Notes: generated by a model not told the origin, from the letters alone. 64,000 bases of DNA from Eledone cirrhosa (GCA_964016885.1 OZ024741.1:138508001-138572000), one strand, 5' to 3'; positions 25,776-40,441 are shown, numbered from the stretch's first letter. Translations and numbers: made by a program.

Positions 25776-28198
25776 TTCAGTCAAATTTGAGGACGTCTCC
25801 TCTTTTAGGTCATATATTATTTAAGAGGAACATGTTGTCATTAGATGAGAAAAACCTTTAATGGACGTGAATACCAACAGATTATTGCAACAGAGTATTC
25901 TGTAAAATGTCAATGACATACAATTATCTCCTTAGAGGGCTACGGTGTGACATTTACAGCCATCGTCTACATGACAAAACAACACACCATTCACGATTTA
26001 TTGCGATTCGATAAAGTTAGCTGCCCAATTCATCTCTATCTATGTTTGTATGAGACAAAGAGATAATCATTACATGATAACCAGACCAGATTGACTTAGC
26101 AGAAAATTCTTCCATCAACAGTACTCTATTGTGCTCGATACAAAACATTTTTCACATTGCCTTGACGTTTCCGTTTGGGATATTCCACGTATTCCTCTGT
26201 CTTTTACTGATATGGAGTTGTGTTTCAATTTCAATGGCAGTCAGAAACCATTATCCAAATGTCATTTGTTGAATCATGAATATTTATATCCGTAGCTTAG
26301 TCCGAAACATCAGACTTTTCAGAACTATTAAAATTACTTACACGTAAAAATTTATCTTGCATTGCATTCATGGTAAAAATCTGGTAATATGTATAATACG
26401 GCTGTTAGGTTTTGTCAGCATAATTATGGGAATTGAAGAACTTGATGGTTATAGCTAATACATATCGTAAGAATTTCTTGAAAGGAATTTATGGACAGGT
26501 TGTCTAAATACAATCTCATGGGAAACACTGTAAAATAATCTAGCCAATGGTGAGTGTCGAAATATTAAACTAGTGATTAGCTTCTTTAGTTATTGTATTT
26601 AAAGAGGTTCCCTGTTTCTTTCGATTTTGATATATGTTTTTCTACCTTAGTGCCCATAAGAAAGGACGGAGTTTATTTCAGTGAGGCATACATATAATGC
26701 TGATGTTTACTTTGTATATTAAAGTAGGAGTTATCAGTTAGAGGTGATATTACAATGGTGGTGCTTTGCTTCATACTTGAATAGTTATTCATAACTCCTA
26801 CGATTGACGGTGTTCCAACGTAGACACTCTCATTGTTCTTTATGTAAAGTACACGCAACACGAAATTATATAATGTATACTGTATTTTGAATGATCTGAC
26901 GGAAATGTAACATTTTATTTTTTAATTTTCAGAGACAATCAGCAAGGTGCTTGCACACACCTTGTTTATGTTTTGTACATTTCATAAAAATTCATAGGAT
27001 CAAATCACATTTATGTGTTTTGTCAAGTTCTTTATTAGAATGATATAATGCTTATCGACTACTTACACGTGATGTAAATTATAACGTATGGAAACAGACA
27101 TATACATTCAAATAAAAGACAGCTTAGATATTTACTATGGCATTCCCGGGTGGTATTAATATAATAATGCAAGTCCAAAATTATCAAATACAATTTAGAA
27201 TGGAGCATTTCAAAAGGCCCGATCACTATCAAGGAGAACGATGAGAATGTATGTTGCGCTACCGTAAATAACTCCAAGTTATGATCACTAAGGAATCCTT
27301 ATTAAACTGCAAAGAGGCGTTAATATGTAGAAACCAAAAAGCCTAAAATTATTTAGGTACTACGACCCTGATAAATAATCGCGTCACATGGATAGTGAAC
27401 TAGAATTTTACTAATCATCCGTGCTTCTACAGTTCTAATAGTGCACTTAACACTTTTACACTTAATATATTATAGATAAGATCCGAGGAAAAGGTTATGA
27501 CGTAATATATATAGAAATATATAGAGACTTATAGAGAATGGTGGGCAAATGGAACACGCCTTAAGGTGTGCTAGAAAGAGCTCCAGTCGAATCCACTACA
27601 GTCAGCTCAAAGTTAATTTAGAGACATTGGGAGCAGATATAATTTGGATTCGCCTGGAGTTCTTTCTAGCACTTATTAAGGCTTATTCCGTTTGCCTGCT
27701 CTTCTCTCTAACTCTCTATATATTTTTATATATATTATGTTATAATTTACATCATGTGGGAAATATTTATTTAAATATCTACCCCAGAGGGTAGAGACTG
27801 GGTTTTAATACAGCGCGAGACTTAAACATACTTACGAAGAGAAACATAGTCTTAATTGAGTTTTGCCATAATCGATGGTGAATTTTCAATTTTCTTTGGT
27901 CCTCAGAAACACATCTGTCTATAATTGGATGGTCATATTTGGAAGTATGGCCATTTAAATATAACATATTCATTATGTGAGTAACGTTTTTTTTATATAA
28001 CACCTTAAATTTTATTTGTTTATATACGTATTAAAGCCTGGTTAGTTTCTCAATTGATATATATATATGTATATATCGTTTAAAATTACTTTATATTATG
28101 GATGCTCTAAAGACAAGTTTTATTGAGCTTTTTCTGAGAAACAGGGTTTATATATATTCTATATGTATTGATTAAACCTAAAATTATATATATATATA

Positions 28199-31100
28199 TT
28201 TCGTTGACAAATATAACAATATGCCCAGACATGCAGATATATTGCCCTAGGTATAACAGTGTGGTTTTAGCTCAATGTAGGATAACTAGTATACTACAGA
28301 GCCGTTATAGTTATAGGATTAACCAAAGAGTGCTTAGAAATACATTGTTTTATTAGCTAACAGTGTTTCATCCATACACCATGGCAGGAATAATCAGAGC
28401 CGATAAACATCAGTATATCAGTAGTTGCATGCTCCATCGAGCTGCATCACCAGAACAAGGTTACAGGACCAGCAGGGGGTCCCGAGGCCATCGCTATATG
28501 GAAAAAGACAGAATAAATAATGCACATAATGTCATAAAATATCTTAAAATTAAAAAAATTAAAATTTACACCAAATATGTATCACTTGAATGGTGCAATA
28601 GATGATAAAGAGGTTGGGAGACGGTAGCAAAGGATGAGTGAGGGCATTACTCAGCATGATCAGAAACAATAAGAACATAATAATAAAATAATAAAAAAGT
28701 ACAAAAATACAGGGATAAGAAAAGAGATAAATATAAAAATACAAAACAATAGAGGAACAAAAAGCCCGGAAATCCCCCCAAAATATAAGACAAAGCCAAG
28801 CATAGTTGCATCAAAGCACAAGCAGTGCAAAAAGAGGGTGTACAGGCAGATCAAGAGAGTTTGCAAGCATGAGTCTGTGAAAAGAATAATTGGTTAGCAG
28901 TGGTGCAGCCTTAAATGTATGATAGTCCATATGAGGGATGGTGTATTCCAATTATATCGCCTTGTAACAGGTCGATTCTCCTTATCATATCCGCTCCCTA
29001 CGAAACACATCGATATGTTCCAGTTCCCAACGTTAAGTGAGATAACACTATTTCTCCAAAACCTATACCCAGGGGATTTATCACCATAGGCGGTCTGGGA
29101 TATACACCTAAAATCTAAAATAAAAAATAAAAGAAAGTACGACGAGTTAAAGAAATGTATGGTACATATACAGCCGGCACAGATATGATGAAATTGAAAA
29201 CACGCCAGGTCCGCAGAAACTGGCATTCCCCAAAAACCTCACGTTCGGTCGCTCAATCCAATGTGCCAGGTGATATTCACTGTATGTCCAAGTTGGCGTT
29301 CAACCAATGTATCGCACCGAATACAACTGTACCACAGTAAATACAAATCGTGATGGCTATTCCGTTACACATATAGAACAAGTGTATATAGGAAACTCCG
29401 CTTCCAGAATCACATATGGCAGATGAGCATATATTGTTATAATAATAGGCGGGTTTACTATAGTGAGTGCAAATTTCTGTAGAATATATAGATATATATA
29501 GAAGAGAGAACTCACAACCAAACCTGTCAATGACAGCCATGTTATTTATATTTCCGCCACGTGGTTTTCGTTTAGATTATTGACTCCAGAGGTTGCAATC
29601 CATTCACAGTCAGGTGTGACCCCTCCTGGGTCAGCGGGAGTTCAATATCCAGTGCTGCACTCTGCCTTGAGTGTGGTTCTATAATTCATCAAAGCTGGAT
29701 CACAATTCATATTCAACTAACTCTAACTTTCAAAAATAGTCTCTCGCTAGTAACACAACCGTATTCTGAATATAAACACAGGAAGTCGTAGTGTACGTAT
29801 GAACGGTATGGGAGGCAATTCGCGTAATAAAGGGCGAATTCATTAGATATCCAACGGGATGCTAGGGGCGAGTCTTTTGTTTGATTCGAAGCCCCCCAGC
29901 GATCCACCTCCCCTTCCCCCTGGGGCTAGGTCGATTCAGCGGCGCCCAGCCCACACGATTTGCTACCATAAATCACTATACTAGGTTAGATCTATTACAC
30001 ACTTTAGGGTTAAGGTTAACTAGACCCCGGGTGGCCAATTCACCCGCTTTATAGCTGCGGCGGGATTTTCTGGGCTTTCGACAGACTATTGTGCTGTGCT
30101 ATCAGTTAGCGCACAATTGGTGTGTTTATAAACCATATTAACAAGGTTAGTGTGGGTATGTGCCTATATAGGGTCAAGCTGTGCTAGGTATAGTGAAAAG
30201 CCTTAAGTAGGTTGTACCCCAGGGTTCTTGGCTTGTGGTTCAATAAGATGAACCAAGGAAGAGAGCAAGAAAAGTAAGAGAGGGGGGAGAAGAGAAGAGG
30301 TATTGTCGCTTTAGGGGGCACTCCGCCTTTCGTCTGAAGTTACATTTTCGGTGTATGTGAGTCTGCGGCACAGGAGATGTTTGGGTTTCAGTGCGTTCCA
30401 GATATGGCAACCGTACATCAGATGTGTGGATATTATTTTTGGGTGACGCCGCATCAGGTCCACCTAGTGGTTGCCGGTGTGCTGCAGCTGCGATGTTTTT
30501 TATATTCAATAGTGAACAGGGCGTCGTCACGGTTTAGCCCGCCTTTGAAATGCGGGAATGTTTTATGCAGTTCATGGAGGAGGTAAAGTCCAACCAAGTC
30601 AGTGACCTGCGCCGAGGCGCTGGACCCCATTGTGACATCACAGTTATTCGGCGTGTTTTTCCGGGTCCAAAGTTGGTCTTCGAAGAGGATTATAGTTCTC
30701 TGGGCAACAAGGATGATGTCAATTTGGGATTTAGTCAGGTCACTATTTTGCATAGCTAATATAAGGGCCTTATTTAGAAGGATCGGAGAGATCGAGGTAT
30801 AGTATGAGTTGATATCGAATTGAATGAACTTCAGGGACTTATAGTTACTAATGCTTGAGAACCATTTAATGACCTCCCCAGTATTCGCCCATTGGTCAAG
30901 GTAAATTTTACTTCGTATAACAGGGATGGCGGCGTCCAAGATTGTCTTACTTATTATCCCTAAGTCAGACTTAGAGGGCCTAATGAGTCTAATTGAGTGG
31001 TTACTACGGAAGTCCTCTTTGTGATCCTTCAGTGTGAATCTGGGTTGCTTAGGGGTGAAAGGCTGGGTGTACCTTTCCAGGTTCAGCATCATAACGATTT

Positions 31101-32165
31101 CTAGCCTTTTCTTATTTATCTCGTCTAGGTTTCCATAGGTAGTTTTATTATCATTTCTGTGGAGTTCCTTGTATATGAAGTTTCTGTAAGTCTTGTAGTC
31201 CAAGTTATATATATTTTTTGTTTTATCTGAGGTGACGAGAATGTTAGCATTTTCCCCGAAGCCCTTAATAATATAGCTAAGATCTCTACGGAAAGGGTCC
31301 TTGCTATGGCTTTTAGTCCTATATCTAATACTCTTCACAAGGTTTAGAAGGTTGCTTTCAAATCCATCCAGACCACTATTGTGCGGTGGGCTCTTGTATG
31401 TATTGAATCCATACCTATTTCCCCGGGTTGTTTGCTGAGGGTTATCCCGGTTCTTATCGTAGTGGAAAGCACGCCACCTTAATCTTTTAACAAATGAGTT
31501 TACGCTAGCTATGTGCAACCTTTCGAAGGTATTCCTAGATGGGATGGGAATTTTCTTGAGTGACAAAGGTAGATGGTCTTTGGTTAGCATACAGTCAAGT
31601 TTATACACCAGTGTACGACTATAGTTGCATAGATCTACTAATACATATATGCGCACAATTGTCATATTTTTTTAGCTCAACCCAATGGGAGCCGTTATAT
31701 TTCGTTGACAAATATATCAATATGCCCAGACATGCAGATATATTGCCCTTGGTATGACAGTGTGGTTTTAACTCAATGTAGGATAACTAGTATACTACAG
31801 AGCCGTTATAGTTATAGGAATAACCAAAGAGTGTTTAGAAATACATTGTTTTATTAGCTAACAGTGTTTCAACCATACACCATGGCAGGAATTACCTGAG
31901 CCTATAAACATGAATATTTAAATTTTTAAGACATTTTATGACATTATGTGCATCATGTATTCTGTCTCTTTCCATATAACGCTGGCCTTGGGACCTCCCT
32001 GCTTGTCCTTTAACCTTGTCCTGGTGACGCAGCTCGATGGAGCATGCAACTACTGATATACTCATGTTTATAGGCTCTGATAATTCCTGCCATGCTGTAT
32101 GGATGAACCACTGTTAGCTAATAAAACAATGTATTTCTAAGCACTCTTTGGTAATTCCTATAATT
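28199..32165 (-). mobile_element. Penelope-like element (Hydra-like) with direct and inverted pLTRs, internally deleted ORF and ~2-kb 3' region
   Basis: 28199-28415 is directly repeated at 31700-31915; 31915-32165 is an inverted copy of ~28310-28555; degenerate HHR in each (e.g. 28355-28401: CUGAUUA...GAAAC-ACU-GUU). Flanked by (TA)n. Confidence 0.88.
30270..31590 (-). pseudogene. PLE RT (N-terminus through motif C) joined to the Cys-rich linker; thumb and GIY-YIG not recognisable
   Basis: SLKKIPIPS, RLRWRA, SDKTKNIY, LKDHKEDF..RLIRPSK, QFDINSYYTSI, GSSASAQVTDLVG, GLNRDD; then in another frame CNFRRKAECPL followed by non-coding sequence. Confidence 0.85.
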
Positions 32166-32185
32166 ATATATATATATATATATAT

Positions 32186-32615
32186 AAATAAACCAAAGAA
32201 GCCTTCAATACATAAAAAGTATTTATTAGCCAACAATGTTTCGTCCTATTAAGGACTCATCAGGGCAAGTAAAGCTACAAGAAGCACTATCGGCCAATAC
32301 AAGCCAAAAACTCAGAAGAATATGGAGTATACATCTATCTTTCCTAAGCTTTAATAGATGTATACTCCATATTCTTCTGAGTTGTTGGCTTGTATTGGCC
32401 GATAGTGCTTCTTGTAGCTTTACTTGCCCTGATGAGTCCTTAATAGGACAAAACATTGTTGGCTAATAAAGACCTTTGATGTATTGAAGGCTTCTTTGGT
32501 TTATTTTTTATAATTCTTCGGCTCTGTTTAATTACATTGAGCTATATCTTATACTGTCATTTCTATAATATGAAGAGTGTGTTTAACTCCAACACACTCT
32601 AGTATTTTAATTCTT
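32186..32615. mobile_element. ~320-bp near-perfect fold-back element with an HHR in each arm, plus 3' tail
   Basis: 32186-32340 is inverted at 32352-32506; tail carries GGCTCTGT...TACATTGAGC. Confidence 0.9.
32229..32266 (-). ncRNA. Type I hammerhead ribozyme, intact
   Basis: GCC-CUGAUGA-GUCCU-UAAU-AGGAC-GAAAC-AUU-GUU-GGC; the plus-strand twin at 32426-32463 has G12A. Confidence 0.9.
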
Positions 32616-32632
32616 ATATATATATATATATT

Positions 32633-32844
32633 GTAATAATAATAAATTTGAAGACTAAAATCCAAAGAGGGCTCGATAAGGATAAATATATATTAAATAT
32701 ATAAGAACCGTAGAGCAAATATTTATTAAAATAACAGATTAAAGTATAAGCAAAGAATCGCTGCTTTCACCCTTAACGGGATCTTCTGAAAGTCCAAAGC
32801 ACCGATTCTTTGCTTAAACTTTAATCTGTTATTTTAATAAATAA

Positions 32845-32850
<6 letters not shown>
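32633..32850. mobile_element. Copy of the 7633-7882 palindromic element, opposite orientation
   Basis: tgaagactaaaatcc..gagggctcgataaggata and ctttcacccttaacgggatcttctg. Confidence 0.8.
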
Positions 32851-32920
<70 letters not shown>

Positions 32921-32924
<4 letters not shown>

Positions 32925-33790
32925 ATAAATCTACCAAAATATACGGTAGTCTCCAATCCGTATGAAGAACTCAATTTAATCCAAATATCATGAAAAGAAA
33001 AGATGTATTCAAATTTTTTTCGATGAAAATCACCGAAAAACAGAGTGAAGATAAATTAATAAAAACAATGAATAAAAACAAAGAAACAGTTCCTTATATT
33101 AAATAATTCATCATTTTACGATCGTTTCTAGGATATATATGTGTGTGTCGGTCTGTATATCAAATAGATCTATTTAAAAAGTTTACAAACTATCAGAGGG
33201 AATATACATACCTACACATATATATGCTGTCTTCAGAAATAATGATATTTGTTTATTGAAAAACAACAATACAGATTTAATATAATAAGTCTGTTTGGGA
33301 ACAGGTTTTGAATTGGCCAATAGAAGAGTAGTAAGTGGTCAAGCTGATAGAATAGTTGTAGTAGAAATTTAATTTCGGGGTAGAGGAATGCAGACTTCAG
33401 TTTTGAATGGAAAGAAGACTTTGAATGAAAGATTACTTTGGGGATGAAAAGAGGTCAAGCCGGTGAAAGGTACACGAACATTTGATGTTATTAATGAATA
33501 ATGCTAATTTTAAAATCGAAGGAGAATAACATTTTAGGATAAATGTGTTAGTGAGAATACCAATCTTATTAAAAACATAAGGAGTTTAGATCTATAAAAA
33601 GAAATTAAATTAATTTAATTGATAGGTATACTTATAGGGATAAATTTATATTAATTCATATAGATGTCATAAATAAGAGTTAGATGTTATTAAAGAATGT
33701 TGTTAAAAACGAATGAAAAAAATATTGGGGGTGGGGGGTATAAATGTATTAGTGAGAAATAACAAACTTATATAGACTACAAGAATTATA
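32921..33790 (-). mobile_element. Solo 3' UTR/pLTR of the 3539-7605 PLE family, with HHR at 33110-33246
   Basis: Colinear diverged reverse complement of ~6270-7605. Confidence 0.85.
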
Positions 33791-34240
33791 GAATTCTAGT
33801 AATCTAGAATTCTATAAGAATCAAACATTCATGATTTTCATCAAACAGGTGGAGTGTTTGGCTTTGATAAGTACCAATCAGTACGAAACAGAGCTCTTTC
33901 AGCTTTATCTGCCCTGTTTGCTGAAAATTTAAAGTAAGTGAGACTGTCACTACTCTAAAACAATAGCGTAAGGTCTTCGCAATGCTTTTAATTAAGCATA
34001 CAGTGTATTGCAAAATACACTATATATACATTCATATATATATCGCTATTTCAGAGCACCAATTCTAATTTTTAAATTCTGCCTGACCGGCAACCGCTCT
34101 GTATAATCAGTTCCTGATTATTACTAGAATTCTTTAAGAATCAAACATTCCTGGTTTTCAGCAAACAGGTCGAGTAGTTGGCTTTGATATATACTCAATA
34201 TATACATTCATATATATATCGCTATTTCAGAGCACCAATT
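33780..34240. repeat. Partially tandem non-coding element with UUGAUAA HHR-like remnant
   Basis: ctagaattct..aagaatcaaacattc..ggctttgata at 33804 and 34124; UUGAUAA-GUAC-CAAUCA-GUAC-GAAAC at 33864-33889. Confidence 0.55.
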
Positions 34241-34704
34241 ATAATATATATATATACATATATATCCTCTACGTCTACGAGAAGTGAACTTGCTTCTGTA
34301 ATAGATGCCTGTTGCGTTCTGAAGTTGGATTTGCTAAGTTCCAGTTACCTTTACACATCTACATCATCTTTGTTTTCTTAGTTATCTTGCGAATTCTCTC
34401 TCTTGTCACTGATAAACACAATCTGCTCTAGGGAGGTATTTGTTTCAGTATACATGAATAATCTTATTTCCATAGTCTGCTCTTAGCTCTCAAAAACTCA
34501 TATTTACTATACATTCAAACTATGAAAATCTGCCCAACACAACTGCAGTGAAAACACACGTAGTAAGACAAGCTGATTGAATCATCAGACCATATCTCTC
34601 TCAAATCTCGAATGGTTCTTTTGAAGAAGGAATGGTTCCGTTAGTTAACTTAGAATAACATATTTCTAAAAATGTAGAAAGATCATGAAGTGAATGGTTT
34701 ACAT

Positions 34705-35045
34705 CAGGGGTTCTCAACCTTTTTTTCGCTGTGGACCACCAAAATAAGTAATTTTTTTCCTGTGGACCACCTAAACTTTAAAATCTTTTGTAATACAACT
34801 CTTAATTATAAGCATCAGCATATGTTTTTTTTTTCAATGAATTAGAAAATGCTATTATCATGTCGCAGTGCCTAAAAATCTACGCAAATAAACAGCTGAA
34901 GTCGTACTTATGCGAAGAATAAGAACAGCGCTTTAAGTCAAATGCATGGATCAAAAAAGAATTTGCTATTGAACATTTTCTGTGGACCACCTGAATTTCC
35001 CTGTGGACCACTAGTGGTCCACATGGACCATGTTGAGAACCCCTG
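34705..35045. mobile_element. hAT (Charlie-like) MITE, 341 bp
   Basis: TIRs CAGGGGTTCTCAAC / GTTGAGAACCCCTG; 8-bp TSD GTTTACAT / GTCTACAT; repeated subterminal TGTGGACCAC motifs. Confidence 0.92.
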
Positions 35046-35109
35046 GTCTACATCATATATTTGCAACTTCTCACTTAACCAACGAAAACACATTAGTTGG
35101 ATTATTTAC

Positions 35110-35195
35110 TAAGTGTTTCAGGCTGGACTCGAACACAGGACTTCAGATTCTGTAGATGTTGAGTATAATTGTCCCCTTCACCCACTGAGCTATAA
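35110..35195 (-). mobile_element. tRNA-derived SINE head
   Basis: Minus strand TAGCTCAGTGGG (A box) and GTTCGAGTCC (B box); no convincing cloverleaf. Confidence 0.5.
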
Positions 35196-36221
35196 AGATT
35201 CCATCATAACTTATTAACATTTCTTCATCAATACGATCAAGCGAAATTGGATGGATTAAATTGTTTACTCAAGCTACACGAAAGACGTCAACACAGGATT
35301 ACATGGAGAGTAAATATTGATTTTGTTGCATTCCTTCATGGAAATCATATATTATTCTCACACCTATGGAGGTTTAGCTGGCCTCCTAGCAGATTGAATC
35401 TCATAGGATGTTTCGCGTGTGAATTCCATGATTTAAACTGCAGGACTATTATAGAAAGCAGCATGAAATTAAACGTTTGATAAACAGCACAATACCTTTA
35501 CTCCTTTCACAAAATTACTTTCACTGATCTAGCGTGAGATAATGACTTGGCATTTTACAATTTTCCTTATGTGTCGCAATATGTCATCCCCGAAGCTATT
35601 GGGGTACTTTAAGAATTGATATTTTTTTTTATTAAAATAAGTTTCTGCACTAAAGCATCTGACAGCGTTACCGACTTACATTATTGATCAGTGAATAATA
35701 GTATTATATTTCTTAAGTAAACTTTATGTGACGGTTGTGATTTAAAATGAATTATTTCTATTTTCTCAATATTTTCCACTGTGCACTAAACTTTAATTAA
35801 ATATAGTTGACTGCTTTTAACTATAAGTTGTTTACGTATATGTTGTTGTTGATACTTTTTTGTTTTACATCTGACACACTAGAGAATAACAACGAACATT
35901 TGTTTCCAAATTAATTTTAGACCAAATGTTAGATGGCATTTCAAAGATTCTTTGATTTGACTGGTGTCTTTTGAGTTAAGAGAAAAAATTAATGTTTTAT
36001 TAGATATTTTCATTGATAACTAGCTTCGGTTGTACATTAGGGTGGCGTTGAGCACATGGGTTAGGCGTTTATGAAAACTGAAATATTACTATACACAAAA
36101 TAAAACAACAATATGTGATGTTTATGACACAAGGCAAGTTAATATTTCAAATATATTAGCGTATATATATATATTTATGTGTATGTGTGTGTGTGTGTGT
36201 GTGTGAGTTTGTGTGTATGTT

Positions 36222-36290
<69 letters not shown>

Positions 36291-36596
36291 TATATCTATG
36301 TATATATCTCTCTACATATGTATTGTGTATAATATAAATATAAATAAATATATATATATTTATATATATATGTGTGTGTGTTTGAGTTTGTGTGTATATT
36401 TGTATATATATATACTATAATTATAATATTATATATATATATATATGTATATATATGTATGTATATAAATGTATATATATATGAATAAATATACACAGGT
36501 CTGTATGATTGTGTATAGAAGATTATATTGATAAAAGGAATTCCAACTTTGTCTGATGTACTCGTTTTATTTACAATCCTTTAAAATGTATAATGG

Positions 36597-36830
36597 TATT
36601 AGAATGAAATAGTATGGTAGAATAGTAAATGTTAGGTGTTAATTGAAAAAGTACTTTCAGGCTTTCGCAATCTTCAGGTTCATATTCTGTGGTGACAGTC
36701 AAGTTTGCAATTTTCAACTGACAGTTGAAAATTGCAAATTTGACTGTCACCACAGAATATGAACCTGAAGATTACGAATGCATGAAGGTACCTGTTCAAT
36801 TAGCACTTACCATACTATTTCATTCTAATG
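36597..36830. mobile_element. Fold-back element with an HHR in each arm
   Basis: Palindrome centred at 36721. Minus 36645-36681 GAAC-CUGAAGA-UUGC-GAAA-GCCU-GAAA-GUAC-UU; plus 36761-36797 is a degenerate twin. Confidence 0.8.
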
Positions 36831-36879
36831 TTGCATTGCTGTTGAAGGGGATAAGTGAATGTAATTGAATTCACAAGGA

Positions 36880-38181
<1,302 letters not shown>

Positions 38182-38183
38182 AT

Positions 38184-38802
38184 ATAATAGAGTATATGTT
38201 CCTACACGCACAAGGCGCTTAGGGACACATGTATTGTCCAACCATATGCCAATGTGGTTCAATTGGTTCAATGGCAGTTTAATAAATTAACGAGCCAGAA
38301 CATATATAATCAAGGTTTAACAAATAAGAAAAAGTTTCAAAATAAATTTTAAAAAATTCACTTTACTTTCTATGGTTACCTTTACCGAATCGGTTTCGAA
38401 TCTCAAAAATAAACGGACAGTCCATACGGCATCCGCTGCAAAGAACAACTCTCGTCAGAAGGATCTTTTCACTCGGAGAATATAACATTCCCGAGGCATA
38501 TGGTTGGACAATACATGTGTCTCTAAGCGCCTTGTGCGTGTAGGAACATATACTCTATTATTATTATCTCCTCTTGGTTTAGAAAAAATTTGGTCGTTCT
38601 GACTGCTGCTAGTTATAGCGGGAGCAGACTGACCTACCAGCCTCTGCCTCTATCTTTACACACGGCACTTGAAAGAATTGCTTCCACTTCATTTACTCTC
38701 ATCTCGGGAACAATTTTGAATAGCGCCAGTTCGTAATTTGAACTCTGGAATTTTATATTCTCCGAGTGAAAAGATCCTTCTGACGAGAGTTTTTCTTTGC
38801 AT
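38184..38802. mobile_element. Rearranged non-coding HHR element with nested inversions
   Basis: 38184-38250 is inverted at 38496-38562; 38438-38485 is inverted at 38753-38801. Confidence 0.75.
38379..38462 (-). ncRNA. Type I hammerhead ribozyme with full stem III
   Basis: CCUU-CUGACGA-GAGUU...GAUUC-GAA-ACCG-AUU-CGGU-A-AAGG. Confidence 0.85.
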
Positions 38803-38813
38803 GGTACGTGGGC

Positions 38814-38844
<31 letters not shown>

Positions 38845-38924
38845 TGTGTGTTGTGTCTGTGTGTGTGTTTGTGTGTTTGTATGTGTGCGTGTGTGTGCAT
38901 TTCTATACAAATATGTATACACAA

Positions 38925-39410
38925 TTCGTATTTCTAAAGAAACACGGTTTTAGGAAGCCGTAGCTATGCAAACACCGGAGCAGAGGCCGTTAGACCCGGT
39001 TTTGCATAGCTACGGCTTCCTAAAACTGTGTTTCTTTAGAAATACGAAATTTCTATACATATTTGTATAAAGCTAAGCTTGAAGCGAAATACTATTTCTA
39101 TTCTATTATAAGTTGAGCCAACTTATGCAGCTTCATATGCAAATGAGATTACACAGACGAGAAAACAACATATTCTCGACTATTTTCAAGTCTAGCAAGC
39201 TGTGGGAGGGACAGTCCTGATGAAGGACAGTCAAGCCTGAAATGCATAGACGGTGGTCCCCCTTGATTCTGCTGGACACTATCAGAGAGCGTTAGCCACG
39301 GTGTTTGCATTCCTACGTCTTCCTAAAACCGTGTTTCTTTAGAAATACGAAATGTTTAAACATATTTGTATAAAGCTATGCTTGAAGCAAAATACCATTT
39401 CTATTTATAT
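38925..39410 (+). mobile_element. Family K element (inverted + tandem) with HHR at 39211-39254
   Basis: ACAGUC-CUGAUGA-AGGACAGUCAAGCCU-GAAA-UGCA-UA-GACGGU; 38925-38976 is inverted at 38995-39050; unit repeats after ~303 bp. Confidence 0.85.
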
Positions 39411-39417
39411 ATATATA

Positions 39418-39960
39418 AGGAAAAAAGATTAAATCGAAAATGCAACTGGAGTCTTTTTAAAAATATTTATTTGGTTTCTTTACCAGTTTCACAGTTCTTA
39501 TGCTTTTCAAAAGTAGAATTGAGATGGAGGGTTTGTGGTTTTTCTCGCATCTAGTTGGTGTTCGAATGTTACTTCTGTTTAATATGAAAAAAGTGGCTCC
39601 AAATGTTAGGTTTTTTTGAAAAGTAATTTGGTTGATTGATGACTGTCACGTGAATAAATATAATAAATTTCGCACCAGTTCGTGTTACAAAGTTCTTATT
39701 ATATTTGCCTTTAAAAAGGTGTGGGTGTGTGTGTGTGTTTGTTCTCAGATGTTTTTTTTTATATATGAGTGAAAGTTGGTTGGTTGATGCAGTCACGTGA
39801 ATGAGCACATCAACTTTCGCGCCAATTCGTGTTTGAGGGTTTTCTTCACTTAAAAAAGTGGCTCAAAAGCGTTTTTTTTAAATTTAATTTGATTAGTGAT
39901 GACTCTCACGTGAATAAGTACATTACATTTCGCGCCCGTATTTGGGAAATCTTTGTAGCC
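39418..39960 (-). mobile_element. Family A element with U3:A8 HHR (39477-39514) and internal subrepeats
   Basis: CUU-UUGAAAA-GCAUAAGAACUGU-GAAAC-UG-GUA-AAG; three (g/c)tcacgtgaat..tttcgc subrepeats. Confidence 0.7.
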
Positions 39961-40319
39961 ATTTAGAGAATCTTGTGCCAAAAGATAATGGTCAAGAAAA
40001 AAAGAAATGGGGAGAATTTTTGTGGATCAGTGACTATGTCTGATATGCTGAGGTGTCAAAATTCAGACTTTCTATTGAAATAAAGAAAGTAGAGATATAT
40101 ATTTTTATTTGTGTGCTGATGTGTAAGTGGGTGTGCGCGTGTGTGTGTGTAGGAAAATTATTCTATTAGTAGAAATGGGGGAGGAACTTATGTGTGTATG
40201 TGTGTGTGTGTATGGGTATATATATAAATATATATATATATATGAAAGCAGCGGTTCTTTGCCTAAACTTTAATCTGTTATTTTAATAATTATAATATAA
40301 TATAATATATGTATATATG

Positions 40320-40441
<122 letters not shown>

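Noticed and set aside
25780-28150. Possible host exons in unique-looking sequence (also 47800-51300 and 57900-60600)
   Set aside because: No ORF with a recognisable motif or convincing splice pair; small exons cannot be excluded without RNA-seq.
30000-30020. Telomere-like TTAGGG inside a PLE
   Set aside because: Only one exact unit; not an array.
32226-32466. Mirror-image 76-aa ORFs on both strands
   Set aside because: By-product of the palindrome; no protein motif.
35110-35195. tRNA gene
   Set aside because: A and B boxes only, with no cloverleaf; treated as a SINE head, as at 19925, 24270, 53472 and 62790.
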